Translations under genes and position numbers: made by a program | Assembly: GCA_963765675.1 (NCBI GenBank) | Contig: CAVXXK010000001.1 | Span: 1,344,001 to 1,408,000, forward strand | Length of the DNA: 64,000 nucleotides | From: an uncultured delta proteobacterium | Lineage (GTDB): Bacteria; Desulfobacterota; Binatia; Binatales; Binataceae | Direction: 5' to 3' | Shown here: piece by piece, positions 63,318-64,000 of the stretch | Position numbering within the stretch: the stretch's first letter is position 1 | How the letters are laid out: each line of letters starts with the position of its first letter | Notes under the pieces: model-generated | The model's input: the letters and a program-made list of their open reading frames with translations, nothing else | Database searches by the model: none | What the model was told of the DNA's origin: nothing

Positions 63318-64000
63318 TTAGGAGCGAAAGACCTCGACCGGCATTTCACGTGACGCCTGGCGCGCCGGATAGAGCGTCGCGATGAAGCACAGAAACATCG
63401 AGGCGACCGCGACCCACACGAAATTTATCGGACTGACGGAAATCGGCACGGTCGCGATTCCGTAAATTTCCTTCGAGATATGAATGAAATGGTAACGCGC
63501 GAGCGCGAAGCATCCGATTGCGCCCAGTAACTCGCCCGCGCTGGTCCCCGCGGCACCGACGATCAATCCTTTCAGCACAAAGATTCGGCGCACGTCGCTC
63601 CGCGTCGCTCCCATCGAGATCAGCACCGCGATATCCTTGCGCTTCTCCATCACCACCATGATCAGCGTCGCCACCAGGTTGAACGCCGCCACCCCGATCA
63701 GCAGCACCAGCACGATCGAGTAGATCTCTTTCAGCATCTGGAATCCCGCCGCCGCTGATTCGTTGTAGTCGATCCAATTGCGAATCACATAGGGCCGCCC
63801 ATAAATCTCGCGCAGCGCCGCCGTCACCGCGATCGTCTGGTCGAGGTTCGACAGGTGGATGTCGATACCGTCGGCCTTGCTCGGCCGTCCGAAGAAATTC
63901 TGCGCGTGCGTCAGATCCATGAAGACCATCTGTGTGTCGAGGAAACTCAGCCCGGAGTCGAAAATCGCGGTCACGGTAAAATCGCCGGTCCGGGTCGAAA
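63318..64000 (-). CDS. LolC/E-family lipoprotein-releasing ABC permease, 5'-truncated
   Basis: VAAFNLVATLIMVVMEKRKDIAVLISMGA, ATLYPARQAS; runs off the window end. Confidence 0.9.
   Translation of the reverse strand, partial: STRTGDFTVTAIFDSGLSFLDTQMVFMDLTHAQNFFGRPSKADGIDIHLSNLDQTIAVTAALREIYGRPYVIRNWIDYNESAAAGFQMLKEIYSIVLVLLIGVAAFNLVATLIMVVMEKRKDIAVLISMGATRSDVRRIFVLKGLIVGAAGTSAGELLGAIGCFALARYHFIHISKEIYGIATVPISVSPINFVWVAVASMFLCFIATLYPARQASREMPVEVFRS

Overview
GC-rich bacterial chromosomal segment with about 55 CDS and no rRNA, tRNA, CRISPR array or transposase that I can see. The gene mix (several luciferase-like monooxygenases, amidohydrolase, cyclase, crotonase, P450, SCP2) suggests a soil or sediment diderm such as Candidatus Binatia; this is inference only. 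Core genes are gltB, gltD, glcDEF, gyrB, gyrA, selA, galK, a ribB fusion and lolC/E. The most interesting block is 14.0-20.8 kb. It has two sigma54-type promoters and encodes a PII protein with the cyanobacteria-type phospho-acceptor Ser49, an APC amino-acid permease, a PP2C phosphatase, a sensor-less membrane-anchored Ser/Thr kinase overlapping an Amt ammonium transporter, and a putative outer-membrane protein. This is a candidate phosphorylation-based nitrogen-sensing system, about 5 kb upstream of Lrp-gltBD. Other observations are a lower-GC orphan PD-(D/E)xK-like nuclease next to gyrA, a small Cys-rich ORF between gyrB and gyrA, a split DsbD, a degenerate RibBX, a GalT-less galactose module, and three families of REP-like repeats. 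Three single-base frameshifts (serine hydrolase, gyrB, selA) are most likely assembly errors.
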